From Salinispira sp. (GTDB taxonomy: Bacteria; Spirochaetota; Spirochaetia; DSM-27196; Salinispiraceae): a stretch of 64,000 nucleotides of DNA. A model generated the notes under the pieces. It worked only from the letters and a program-made list of their open reading frames with translations. It had not been told where the DNA came from and made no database searches. A program made the position numbers and the translations under genes. Shown here in pieces: positions 30,320-40,180 of the stretch (position 1 is its first letter; each line of letters starts with the position of its first letter). The DNA lies in assembly GCA_965602015.1 (NCBI GenBank), contig OZ271918.1:160001-224000 (forward strand). Direction: 5' to 3'.

Positions 30320-31486
30320 ATGAAAAACTTCACATTTCACAATCCGGTTGAAATACGCTTTGGCCGGGGAACCATCGCTTCACTGGATGAGGCTCTATCG
30401 GCTCACATCGGATCTGAGGTTAAAATTTTGCTCCTGTACGGTGGGGGTTCAATTAAAAAAAACGGCGTATACGAACAGGTAGTACAGGCCCTGGGGGACA
30501 GGCCGCTGGTCGAGTTCAGCGGTATTGAAGTAAACCCCGAGTACGAAACCTGCGTTCGCGCCGTGGAAACCCTTAAGCGCGAAGGTTGCGGCTTTATTCT
30601 TTCGGTCGGCGGCGGTTCGGTGCTGGACGCGGCGAAGTTTATCGCCGCAGCGGCAGCGATGGAAGTAGAGGATCCCTGGGATATTCCCTGCGGCCGGGTG
30701 AAGGTCGAAAGAGCTCTTCCCCTGGCAGCGGTAATGACCCTCCCTGCCACCGGCTCCGAAATGAACAGCAACTCGGTCATATCCCGCCGCGAACTCGGCG
30801 ATAAACGGGGATGGGCCAGCGACCAAGTGTATCCGAAATTCTCCATCCTCGACCCGGAGACTACTTTCAGCCTGCCTTCCCGCCAAAGCGCGAACGGGGT
30901 GGTCGACAGTTTTGTCCATGTCATGGAGCAGTACCTCACCTATCCGGTAAACAGCCCGCTGCAGGACCGGTTTGCCGAAGGAATACTCAAAACCCTCATC
31001 GAGGAAGGTCCCAAGGTGATGGAAAACCCGAAGGATTACGACGCCCGTGCCAATATTTTCTGGGCGTCCACCATGGCCCTCAACCGCATCATCGGACTCG
31101 GTGTGGTTCAGGATTGGGCGACCCATGGAATCGGGCACGAACTCACCGCACTCTACGGCATTGATCACGGGAGGACCCTCGCACTGGTTCTTCCGGGAGT
31201 AATGGAGCTGCGCCGGGAGGCGAAGAAAGAAAAGCTCGTTCAGTACGCCGAGCGGGTCTGGAATATCAGCATCGGGGATGATCAGGTGAAAATCGATGAG
31301 GCCATTGCCCGGACCGTGCTGTTTTTCGAGGGCCTCGGAGTCCCCACTACCCTGAAGGGCTATGAGCTGGATGCCGGCGCCGCGGATGCGGTTGCTCAAA
31401 ATATCGAGAAAAAAGGCTGGATGCTCGGTGAGCATCAGGATATCGGACCCGCGGAGGTTCGGGAAATTCTGAAACTCAGGAGCTAG
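30320..31486 (+). CDS. Iron-containing alcohol dehydrogenase, NADPH-dependent YqhD/BdhA type
   Basis: YGGGSIKKNG, GGGSVLD, TLPATGSEMN, HVMEQY, DWATHGIGHELTALYGIDHG. Confidence 0.93.
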   Translation: MKNFTFHNPVEIRFGRGTIASLDEALSAHIGSEVKILLLYGGGSIKKNGVYEQVVQALGDRPLVEFSGIEVNPEYETCVRAVETLKREGCGFILSVGGGSVLDAAKFIAAAAAMEVEDPWDIPCGRVKVERALPLAAVMTLPATGSEMNSNSVISRRELGDKRGWASDQVYPKFSILDPETTFSLPSRQSANGVVDSFVHVMEQYLTYPVNSPLQDRFAEGILKTLIEEGPKVMENPKDYDARANIFWASTMALNRIIGLGVVQDWATHGIGHELTALYGIDHGRTLALVLPGVMELRREAKKEKLVQYAERVWNISIGDDQVKIDEAIARTVLFFEGLGVPTTLKGYELDAGAADAVAQNIEKKGWMLGEHQDIGPAEVREILKLRS

Positions 31487-31490
31487 GACG

Positions 31491-32489
31491 ATGAAAGCAC
31501 GGGATTCGGGTTTTATCTGGACCGAAATCGAAGAGCCCGGTGATTTTGCGGTGTTTCGGGACATTACCCCCCTCAGGGGATATCCTGCGACCCTTCCAGA
31601 GAGCTTCCTCACCGGCTACCAGGGAAGGGGCTTCGTGACCCAGAAAACAAACGCCCTCCCCGGGGCCGACTCGCCGCTGGGGGCCATCCTGATACTCGAC
31701 TTTTTGTTTGTCACTTCTCTCATTGATGATGAAGAAACCCTCGGGCGGGCGACTGCTGATCTTGTGAGACGGCTCCTGTCCGACGAAGGAATAAATGCCG
31801 TCCATCTCCTTCCTCCCCTGTGCGCCGGAAAGCCTATTAATCCGGGAAGCAGTCCGTTTTATAAGAATATGGGAACCGGTGATTTTACCTGGAGAAATTA
31901 TGTCCGCATGGAGTTCATCGGCAACGCCGGGGATCATCGAAGTGAGAATCTGGCCGAACTGGGCTTTCCGGGTCAGCCAGTGGATTTCCTGCTTCGGGAC
32001 GGAACTGGCATCACCGTCCGGGGATTTTTCGGCTCCCAGCTCGGACCGTCCCTCCAAGCCGCTCCGCAAAAGGGTGCTGCCCTTGGGGAGGCGGAACTCG
32101 CGGCGGTGCTGCAGGAATCCTGGAGCGCCGACCTGATTAACGCCATGGGGGGCATTGAGGAGTTTTCCCGCTACGGCATGGGCGTTTTTCTTTACGACGG
32201 CGATGAGCTGGTATGCGGGGCATCAAGTTTCTGCCGGTACACAAATGCCATTGAAGTCGAGGTGGATACGAAGCCCGACCGACGAAAATCCGGGTTGGCC
32301 AGATGGGCAGGAGCCGCACTGTCGCTGATGGCGGCGGCTCATGATCAGTATTTGTGCTGGGATGCCGCACACCCCAGTTCGGCGAGAATTGCCATTGACC
32401 TGGGGTTGGGGTTTTGCGGGCACTACATCTGCAGCGTATACCGCTTTGCCGATGCTTCCAGCACCAGCGCAGGAGGAATCGAACATTGA
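31491..32489 (+). CDS. GNAT family acetyltransferase
   Basis: C-terminal IEVEVDTKPDRRKSGLA acetyl-CoA motif A, WDAAH…S…LG. Confidence 0.7.
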   Translation: MKARDSGFIWTEIEEPGDFAVFRDITPLRGYPATLPESFLTGYQGRGFVTQKTNALPGADSPLGAILILDFLFVTSLIDDEETLGRATADLVRRLLSDEGINAVHLLPPLCAGKPINPGSSPFYKNMGTGDFTWRNYVRMEFIGNAGDHRSENLAELGFPGQPVDFLLRDGTGITVRGFFGSQLGPSLQAAPQKGAALGEAELAAVLQESWSADLINAMGGIEEFSRYGMGVFLYDGDELVCGASSFCRYTNAIEVEVDTKPDRRKSGLARWAGAALSLMAAAHDQYLCWDAAHPSSARIAIDLGLGFCGHYICSVYRFADASSTSAGGIEH

Positions 32490-33196
32490 TCCTGACTATC
32501 GGCGCCATGGACGGGGAGATTTCCGCCTGTTCGAAAGCCATCTCAAACTCTTCAACGCATCACAGCATTAGCGGAACCAGGCTCATCCTTGGAACACTGG
32601 AGGGCTGGGAGGTTGCCCTGGGCAAATCGGGGGTCGGCAAGGCGATGAGCGCCCTCTGCGCTCAGAGCATGATAGAGTATCTCATTTCGTTGGGTAAGCG
32701 CCCCCGTGCGCTGGTGTTCACCGGACTTGCCGGAGCCTTGAATCCCCAATACGAAATTGGCGATACGGTAGTCTCCCGGGACTGCGTCCAGCATGATCTC
32801 AACGCCACCGAGCTCGGAATTCCCCTGGGCACTGTGCCGTACAGTCCCTACCGCTTTCTTACGGCAGACCCGGTCCTTGTTGCCGCCATGATGAGCTTCT
32901 CTCCAGCCGCCGGGGTTCTTCGGGAAGGGCGGATCCTCACAGGGGATCAGTTCATCAGCCGCCGCGACGAGCCGCGTTATGAGTATTTGCGGAAGGAGCT
33001 CAACGGCGATGCGGTTGAGATGGAGGGCGCCGCAGTGGCCCTCTGCGCGACGGTAAACAACATTCCGTTTTTACTCATTCGCACTATCAGCGATAAATCC
33101 GACGGAAGTGCGGCTGTAAAGTTCAGCGAGTTTCTTCCAATCGCAAGCGAGAACAGCCTTATGGCTCTGCGGCATCTTCTCAGAAACCTCGACTAA
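32486..33196 (+). CDS. mtnN: 5'-methylthioadenosine/S-adenosylhomocysteine nucleosidase
   Basis: IGAMDGEI, SGVGK, TGLAGAL, TGDQFI, VEMEGAA, RTISDKSD; AGGAGG RBS before TTG 32486. Confidence 0.92.
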   Translation: MILTIGAMDGEISACSKAISNSSTHHSISGTRLILGTLEGWEVALGKSGVGKAMSALCAQSMIEYLISLGKRPRALVFTGLAGALNPQYEIGDTVVSRDCVQHDLNATELGIPLGTVPYSPYRFLTADPVLVAAMMSFSPAAGVLREGRILTGDQFISRRDEPRYEYLRKELNGDAVEMEGAAVALCATVNNIPFLLIRTISDKSDGSAAVKFSEFLPIASENSLMALRHLLRNLD

Positions 33197-33261
33197 GAAC
33201 GCTTCCTTCTTTTGGAAATTGTTCTTGCATTTTCCTCCATAATAGCCAATACAGTATACAT

Positions 33262-35625
33262 ATGGACAATCTAAAACCAGGGGTAGCCCCCATTTCATTT
33301 CCCGATGTCACCGGCCTGATTTCCCGTCTGGCGGATAGTCGCCAGGAGGATTTTTCCATCATCAGCAAACTGCACCTGATGGAGTTGTTTACCGCGGTAC
33401 TGGGCGGGCATTTTACCGTTGCGCCAGGGCCGTCGGATGATGGGGACGAGGAGCCGGTCTCGCTGGAGGATTGCCGAATCGATGCCATGGAAGTACGGCG
33501 GATCAGCATGGCGGATATTCTCTCCCAGGGAATTGCCCTCTACGGCGATTATTACCGTAGGGCGGATGATGCGGGCAGGATGGAGTTAAAGGCCCGGTTT
33601 ATTGAAGCCAGCGGCGCGGCCTGCGACCCCGAGACCCTGAAGCCCTGGTCGGCGAGGGAAGGCGGGGAAGAACTGGCGCTGGTTCTCAGCGGCGGGGCCC
33701 TGCTGGGCAGCTTTCAGCTCGGTGCCATAGAGTACCTGGTTGACGGCTTTGCCGCATCAGGCAGCGGGGCAAACTGGTCCAGGTTTTCACCGGATGCCAT
33801 TGCCGGAACCTCCGTAGGAGCCATCAACGGACTTGCTCTTTCCTGTTTCAAAGAGCAAACCGGAAAACGCCTCACGGCGATATGGGAGTCCATCAAGCGT
33901 CAGGATCATTTCGTTCTCCTGGACCCCGAAATCCAGGCTATACAGAAAGGCGCCAACGCCGTGCCCCTGCTGCGCCGGTCCCCCCTGGACATGCTGTCCA
34001 TGCTCAACCCTTTTCCCAAGCTCCGCGATAAGGCCAAGGGTAAAAGTCCGCTCTTAACTATAGTCGCTTCGTATATTCTGGCCCACGGCAGCCTGATTTC
34101 CTCCCGGACCTGGCGTCTGGTGAAGCGACTGGGTGTTCATAATGACGGCATCGACCTTCTCGGAGCCCTGACACATCAGCCAATACAGAAGATGCTGTAT
34201 GACGCTATTGAGGACGAATACGGCGCTGAACATCCTTCAATTCCCTTTATCTGTCCGGTGACGAACCTGAATGACAGTCATGAATACCTCTTTTCTTCTG
34301 AAGGTATCGTCTACAAGTACTCTAATCACGATGACTTTACCCGTATCATCGCCCGGTACAGGCCGGTGTATCACGAAATGTCCCGCAAATTTGCCGATAG
34401 CTTTCAGCGTCCGGAAAATGCGGAGCTGGTGGAAAAGGATGAAGTCGGCCACCCGGCGGATGACGAAGAAAGCGGCGCTGAAAATACCGCCTACGATCCG
34501 GCCTATCTGAGACTTTGGTCGGATGCTGCCCGTGATGGAGACCAGATTCCGGTAAAATACCGGGTTATGCCAGGGGTTATCGGATCATCCAATATCCCCC
34601 TGGCCCTTGGAACCGTTAATGCCATACTCCGTCCGCTGGACGGCGGTTCATCGGCTGACTCGCGAGAGATATCGGCGCCGCCCATCAGAAAACACATTAA
34701 AATACACGGGGTCGACGGTGCATTGCGTCTCAATTTTCCCATCAACGCCCTGTTGAACCATTTCGAAGACAACCACGACAAGCACATTCCTCCATCACCT
34801 GCCCGGGATTTTCGAAAACTGATCACTATAAGCGCCACAACAAAAAACAAGGAGTACAAGGATTTTCGCGGGGACGGCGAAGAAGGTGTCCAGATCTTCG
34901 AAAACCTCGGCAGGAGCATCGATATCGTTCTGAATCAGATAAATGTAGCCAGCCGAACGAGCCTGAAACGGGTCCACGGCGGAAGGCGGCTTGAAACCGC
35001 CCACATCGATCCGGTGATTCAGATTCACTCGGGATATGTGGTGGACCCGGGACTTATACAGATAAGCAGGGATTACGGGCGGATGAGGGCCTTCGACATC
35101 ATGGATCTGCATGGAGGCTTATCGGAGGGCGGGATTGCCGACGCGGACCTTGTTCCCGCAATGATAATCCTTATGCTCCTCACTCTGGAGATTGCGGTTC
35201 AGCGGAAACGGGCCTGGGAGTTGGAACAGGACATAGTCCTGACCCTCCTCGACCGGGACCCGGGTTTTTGGAACAGCGCTCTCCGTTCGCGGGCTGTGAA
35301 TGTGCGCCGTGGAAAGGACGGTGCCGGCCTGCTTCAGAAGGTAAGCCGGCGTTGGGAAGCCTGCCAAGGATTCGTGGACTGCCGAAAGCGAAAGTACCCT
35401 CACAATGAGCTCAAACGGGAGCTGTACGGCCCCTGCAGCATCGGGACAAACCGAGGGAAGCTACAGACCGCCCGGAACGCCGTGGCCCGTCTGAGCGATA
35501 TTCAAACGGAAATAACCGGCATAGCCGGGATGTGCCGCGGGCCGGCTGACGGCGGTTGTGAGATGCATGTTTCACCGGTTTCCGACCTCATCGAGCTTTT
35601 GAACGCCGCAGGGTGCAGATTGTAG
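33262..35625 (+). CDS. Large patatin-like phospholipase domain protein
   Basis: LVLSGGALLGSFQLG, AGTSVGAING, late DGA motif; long insertions and unrecognised N- and C-terminal regions. Confidence 0.7.
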   Translation: MDNLKPGVAPISFPDVTGLISRLADSRQEDFSIISKLHLMELFTAVLGGHFTVAPGPSDDGDEEPVSLEDCRIDAMEVRRISMADILSQGIALYGDYYRRADDAGRMELKARFIEASGAACDPETLKPWSAREGGEELALVLSGGALLGSFQLGAIEYLVDGFAASGSGANWSRFSPDAIAGTSVGAINGLALSCFKEQTGKRLTAIWESIKRQDHFVLLDPEIQAIQKGANAVPLLRRSPLDMLSMLNPFPKLRDKAKGKSPLLTIVASYILAHGSLISSRTWRLVKRLGVHNDGIDLLGALTHQPIQKMLYDAIEDEYGAEHPSIPFICPVTNLNDSHEYLFSSEGIVYKYSNHDDFTRIIARYRPVYHEMSRKFADSFQRPENAELVEKDEVGHPADDEESGAENTAYDPAYLRLWSDAARDGDQIPVKYRVMPGVIGSSNIPLALGTVNAILRPLDGGSSADSREISAPPIRKHIKIHGVDGALRLNFPINALLNHFEDNHDKHIPPSPARDFRKLITISATTKNKEYKDFRGDGEEGVQIFENLGRSIDIVLNQINVASRTSLKRVHGGRRLETAHIDPVIQIHSGYVVDPGLIQISRDYGRMRAFDIMDLHGGLSEGGIADADLVPAMIILMLLTLEIAVQRKRAWELEQDIVLTLLDRDPGFWNSALRSRAVNVRRGKDGAGLLQKVSRRWEACQGFVDCRKRKYPHNELKRELYGPCSIGTNRGKLQTARNAVARLSDIQTEITGIAGMCRGPADGGCEMHVSPVSDLIELLNAAGCRL

Positions 35626-35794
35626 GTCCCCTGAGACCCGGTGAACATGGCCGGCGCGACGGACCTTCTTTCCGGGATTGTCGTCCGGCTACTTGCCAGA
35701 CCTATGCCGATTCCGACGAGGCAGCGCGACGGCAAAAAAATAGCCCGCAGCCGAATTACCGGTCTGCGGGCTGTTTTTGCGAAATAACTCTGAA

Positions 35795-36106
35795 TTATAC
35801 GAATTTTACCGCAGTTCCCCATGCGAGAATTTCAGCTGCGCCGGAAACTACCGCAGAGGAAGCATAGCGGATATTGATGACTGCATCGGCTCCCAGAGCT
35901 TCGGCGTCCTCAACCATGCGTTTTGTCGCAATCGCCCGGGCCTCATTCATCATTTCGGTGTAACCCTTGAGTTCACCGCCGACAATAGTTTTTAATCCGC
36001 TCATTATGTCCTTTCCGATGTTCTTCGACTGAATAATCGAACCGCGAACCATTTGAAGCGTCTGGATGTTTTTCCCGCTGACAAAATCAGTATTTACTAA
36101 GATCAT
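35795..36106 (-). CDS. YbjQ/UPF0145 family protein
   Basis: GKDIMSGLKTIVGGELKGYTEMM, LGADAVINIRY, AEILAWGTAVK. Confidence 0.92.
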   Translation of the reverse strand: MILVNTDFVSGKNIQTLQMVRGSIIQSKNIGKDIMSGLKTIVGGELKGYTEMMNEARAIATKRMVEDAEALGADAVINIRYASSAVVSGAAEILAWGTAVKFV

Positions 36107-36335
36107 CTTTATCCTCCTGATTGATCTCTTTGAAGCGCTGTACCGCAGCAGTTATAAACGCCGCGAGCAAAGCCAAGGTTCCGATGACGATGAGAATGCT
36201 AATCCATCGAGGCATACCGGGTTGGGAGAAAATCCAGAAATACAGATATCCGAAACCGGCGAAGATCGGAATAAAAATGAGCAGGGTGAGTATTACCCCG
36301 GCGCGTTTGGTCATTCGCTCTCCTTTGAAATTCAT
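36087..36335 (-). CDS. Small two-TM membrane protein
   Basis: Two hydrophobic helices and a charged tail (RFKEINQEDKDDLSKY); overlaps the ybjQ start. The start may be 36314. Confidence 0.65.
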   Translation of the reverse strand: MNFKGERMTKRAGVILTLLIFIPIFAGFGYLYFWIFSQPGMPRWISILIVIGTLALLAAFITAAVQRFKEINQEDKDDLSKY

Positions 36336-36637
36336 GCAAGCTCCTGAAGGGAACCGTGCCCTTTTTTATGCATTGTACCGAGTGCCCCGAAGCTTGTTGC
36401 TCCAACCTCTCGTGCATAGGCTAGGCGCCTGGGGGCGGTAATCACCTCCGGATATCCCGGTAAAGTCCAGCGTTCAACAAGCTTCCGGGCACCAGATACA
36501 TCATATACCCGGTAGTGAGGAAAATATTCAAAAAAAATTTCGCAAACGGTAGAAATATGCGGCAGTGATCATCGAGCCGAAGCATCAGGACGGGCATCAA
36601 AACCTCTGAGATTTGGGCTCTCCAAGGTCGTCCCGTA

Positions 36638-37540
36638 TCAGGAGGATGGGCATTTTTGCTCAAGTTCTTCAGCGCTGAGAAAACCCCTGGCGGCGCCGTT
36701 TGCCCCAATTTTCCATCCGGCAAAAAAGACGGCCTTTTCCAGGGCTGCAGCCGCCCCGACGCCTTGTGCCCAGAAATGAAGGAAGGAGGCAAACAGGGCG
36801 TCGCCGGCGCCTACGCTGTTCACCATCGGTCTCGGCAAAACCGCCGGTATCCTCACAAAGCTGCGGCTGCTGCGCTGCCACAGCAGGGCGCCGCGGCTTC
36901 CCATACCTACTACTGCCAGATGAAACTGATAGAGATCGGAAAGTTCAAGAATGAACTCTTCCTCCCTGCCGTCAATGGCCTCATTACTGAGAAACAGCAG
37001 ATCTGCGGCAGAAAGAAAGTCCCGGTTGTATTCATCCCGGGAATTACTGAGAACGTGAAGGTCCGTGGCAATGATTTTCCCGGCTTTTTTCGCTTCTGCA
37101 AGAAAGGGTCTAGCAAAATTGATGGGAGTGAGTACGCATACATCAGATCCTGGCAGGGCCGACAGAAAGCGTTCCCTGGGATATTCGGTTTCCTGCACAT
37201 GCTTTAAGTCGACATGAATCTGCCTGCGCCCGCTTTCATCCCGCAATATTACCGAGACCGGGGTTTTTTCCAAAAGGGGCAACACTCCAGCGGCCTCAAG
37301 GCCCAAATCGGCATACTCGGCCATCATCATGTCGCCGGCATAATCACTGCCGGTCATAGAAGCATAACTAACTTCGGACCCCAGGGATTTGAGCGCCAGA
37401 CCCAGGTTGAGGCCGACTCCCGACGCATGAATATCTATGCCGTTGAAGGGATAGCACACCGGAAAATATTCCAGTGGAAATCTCTCTATTTTTAGATTGA
37501 TTTCCACATTGGTGAGTCCGGCGATCAGAAAAGTTTTCAC
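36638..37540 (-). CDS. PfkB family carbohydrate kinase
   Basis: SGVGLN, FLSNE, GSRGA, VNSVGAGDALFA. Confidence 0.88.
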   Translation of the reverse strand: MKTFLIAGLTNVEINLKIERFPLEYFPVCYPFNGIDIHASGVGLNLGLALKSLGSEVSYASMTGSDYAGDMMMAEYADLGLEAAGVLPLLEKTPVSVILRDESGRRQIHVDLKHVQETEYPRERFLSALPGSDVCVLTPINFARPFLAEAKKAGKIIATDLHVLSNSRDEYNRDFLSAADLLFLSNEAIDGREEEFILELSDLYQFHLAVVGMGSRGALLWQRSSRSFVRIPAVLPRPMVNSVGAGDALFASFLHFWAQGVGAAAALEKAVFFAGWKIGANGAARGFLSAEELEQKCPSS

Positions 37541-37562
37541 TATCAGCGATTGAGGCGAATCA

Positions 37563-38816
37563 TTAGATTTTCTTCAACACCACCGTCGAATTATGTCCGC
37601 CGAAGCCAAAACTATTGGAGAGGACGACGTTTATGGCTTTTTCTACCGGTTCGGTGTTAATCGTCGATTCTTTGAGGGCCACGCCGTCATCAAAGTCATC
37701 AATATTGATATTCGGCGGGACGATACCTTCATTCATCGCCTTGATGCTTAAAATTGCCTCCAGGGCCGCGGTGGCGCCTAAAAGGTGGCCGTGCATGCTC
37801 TTGGTAGAGCCCACATGAACTCGCTCTTCGTTTCCATTAAGCAGCTTGTATACCGCCTTGCTCTCGGCAATATCGCCCAATGGGGTCGATGTGCCATGGG
37901 TATTGATATAATCGATTTCCGAAGGGTCAATGCCCGCCTGCCTAACCGCCATTTCCATGGAGTACAATGCGCCTACCCCTTCGGGATGGGGAACTACGAG
38001 GTCGTGGGCGTCACCGCTCATGCCAACTGCCGCAAGTTCTGCCAGAATGTTGGCTCCCCGGGCTTTTGCGTGCTCGTATTCTTCGATTACAAGAATTCCG
38101 GCGCCCTCGCCCATGACGAAGCCGTCGCGTCCCTTGTCGTAGGGGCGGCTCGCCTTGGTCGGAGTGTCGTTATATTTGGTGGACAGGGCCTGCATGCGGC
38201 TGAAACCTGCGACGGCGATCTCGACAACCGAATCCTCGGCACCGCCGGCCACAACCGTGCTGCAGTAACCGAGCTGAATCATCATGTATGCAACGGCGAA
38301 GGCGTGGTTCGCGGTGGCGCAGGCCGTCTGGGTCGCCATATTCGGACCCTGGGCACCCAACTCCATGCTAACCACACCGCTGGCGATATTCCCGATGGTT
38401 GCCGGAATGTACATGGGGCCGACGCCGCGGGGACCCCGGTTGCCCAGACTGATGGCATTAGACTGCTGGCTGGGAAGTCCGCCGATGCCCGAACCGATAA
38501 CCACACCGACATCCCAGGGATTGGCGGCGATATCGATGCCCGACTGGTCGACAGCCTGGCGGCTTGCGGCCATGGCAAAATGGGTAAACTCATCCAAGCG
38601 TTTCGCCTGTTTGCGGAACTCTTCGCTGTAATGCTCAGCATAGTCAAAGCCCCGAACCTCTCCGGCGATCTGCGCAGCGTAATCGCTGGGGTCGAAGTGG
38701 GAGATGCGGTCTATTCCGCTCACGCCGTTTTTGACCTTTTCCCAACTGTCTTCCACATTGTTGCCCAGGGGGTTCAGGGTTCCCATTCCGGTTATGACTA
38801 TTCGTTTTTTATCCAT
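37563..38816 (-). CDS. fabF: 3-oxoacyl-ACP synthase II
   Basis: VITGMG, TACAT catalytic Cys, HGTSTPLGD, KSMHGHLLGA, NSFGFGGHN. Confidence 0.96.
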   Translation of the reverse strand: MDKKRIVITGMGTLNPLGNNVEDSWEKVKNGVSGIDRISHFDPSDYAAQIAGEVRGFDYAEHYSEEFRKQAKRLDEFTHFAMAASRQAVDQSGIDIAANPWDVGVVIGSGIGGLPSQQSNAISLGNRGPRGVGPMYIPATIGNIASGVVSMELGAQGPNMATQTACATANHAFAVAYMMIQLGYCSTVVAGGAEDSVVEIAVAGFSRMQALSTKYNDTPTKASRPYDKGRDGFVMGEGAGILVIEEYEHAKARGANILAELAAVGMSGDAHDLVVPHPEGVGALYSMEMAVRQAGIDPSEIDYINTHGTSTPLGDIAESKAVYKLLNGNEERVHVGSTKSMHGHLLGATAALEAILSIKAMNEGIVPPNINIDDFDDGVALKESTINTEPVEKAINVVLSNSFGFGGHNSTVVLKKI

Positions 38817-38939
38817 CGTAATTTCTCCAGTACTTCCGCAAGTTTCGTTTAAAATATTGCACATTTTCTTTTTTTAATCAAATGGCGTTCAGTATTATTA
38901 GGCGTTTTCATGTGCCTATGCCAAAAACCGATTAGTGTA

Positions 38940-38964
38940 TTTAAATCAGCTGTTTTCGGGGCAC
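38940..38964 (-). repeat. Solo arm of the dispersed repeat family
   Basis: TTTAAATCAGCTGTTTTCGGGGCAC. Confidence 0.8.
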
Positions 38965-39143
38965 GGGGAAAAACTTCCCTAAAACACTTGATTAGATAAA
39001 AAAATATCTATACATTTTTACTCATAAATAAGCCGGGGGATCGCTGGACCTTCCGGACAGAATTATCAATACTCGATAAACCTGAGTAAAAATGACAGAA
39101 AAGGTGCAAATCCCAAGCCGGGAAGCACCGGGGAGCACAATAT

Positions 39144-40154
39144 ATGAAGTTAGCAGTGTTCAGTACTAAGAACTGGGTCCGCAGTGCGTTCGACCAGGCG
39201 GTCGGCACAAGCGAACTCGAATTAAACTATCTCGAACCCAGGCTGGACATTCACACGGTCAGTTTGGCAGCGGGTCACGATGCGGTGTGCGTTTTTGTAA
39301 ACGATGTTCTGGATGCGCAGGTGGTGCGCCGCCTGGCCGAGCTGGGCGTAAAAACCATTGCCCTGCGCTGTGCGGGTTTTAACAATGTGGATATCAAGGT
39401 CGCCTACGAGCTGGGAATACATGTGGTTCGGGTTCCGGCTTACAGTCCCTATGCGGTTGCTGAACATGCCGTAGGGCTGATTTTGGCCCTCAATCGCCGC
39501 TATCACCGGGCATACAATCGTATACGCGAAGGCAATTTCAGCCTGGACGGGCTGTTGGGATTCGATATTCATGGGAAGACCGTCGGCATAATCGGCACCG
39601 GAAAAATCGGACAGATTTTCGCCGGAATCATCCAGGGATTCGGAACCCGGGTGTTGGCCTACGACAAGTATCCCAGTGAAGATCTCAAGTCGAAGGGCGT
39701 GGAATATGTTGAACTAAAACAACTGTACGAGCAGTCTGACATTATCAGCCTGCATTGCCCGCTTAATCACGAGACCTATCACATAATAAATGAGTATGCC
39801 ATCAAGGATATGAAGCGGGGAGTCACGGTTATAAACACCAGCCGCGGGCCTCTCATCGACTCCAACGCAGTGATAAACGGTTTGAAAAGCGGACAGATTG
39901 CCTATCTCGGGCTCGACGTGTATGAGGAGGAGGGTGACCTGTTCTTCGAGGATCTCTCGGATCAGGTAATTCAGGACGATACCTTTGTTCGGCTCCAGAC
40001 GTTTCCCAATGTGCTGATTACCGCCCACCAGGCGTTTTTTACCAGGGAAGCAGTGGACAATATCGCCGATACCACAGTCGCGAATCTCGCAGAGCTTTAC
40101 AATGCGGGCGAGTGTAAAAATGCCGTCCTGCCCGAATCAGCCTACGGTAAATAA
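39144..40154 (+). CDS. ldhA: D-lactate dehydrogenase (D-2-hydroxyacid dehydrogenase)
   Basis: RCAGFNNVD, VPAYSPYAVAEH, GTGKIG, LHCPL, INTSRG, DVYEEE, TAHQAF; next to a lactate permease. Confidence 0.92.
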   Translation: MKLAVFSTKNWVRSAFDQAVGTSELELNYLEPRLDIHTVSLAAGHDAVCVFVNDVLDAQVVRRLAELGVKTIALRCAGFNNVDIKVAYELGIHVVRVPAYSPYAVAEHAVGLILALNRRYHRAYNRIREGNFSLDGLLGFDIHGKTVGIIGTGKIGQIFAGIIQGFGTRVLAYDKYPSEDLKSKGVEYVELKQLYEQSDIISLHCPLNHETYHIINEYAIKDMKRGVTVINTSRGPLIDSNAVINGLKSGQIAYLGLDVYEEEGDLFFEDLSDQVIQDDTFVRLQTFPNVLITAHQAFFTREAVDNIADTTVANLAELYNAGECKNAVLPESAYGK

Positions 40155-40180
40155 GGGACTTCCTTAGAGGAGATACAAAA

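Noticed and set aside
32486..35625. Nucleosidase plus patatin as an anti-phage system
   Set aside because: mtnN looks like the ordinary housekeeping enzyme; no cyclase, NTPase or other defence partner is nearby.
36381..36391. AGTGCCCCGAA, a partial repeat arm
   Set aside because: An 11 nt match that lacks AACAGCTGAT; could be chance.
36442..36792. 116 aa minus-strand ORF between pfkB and the small membrane protein
   Set aside because: Overlaps pfkB out of frame, has no motif, and crosses a promoter-like AT-rich tract.
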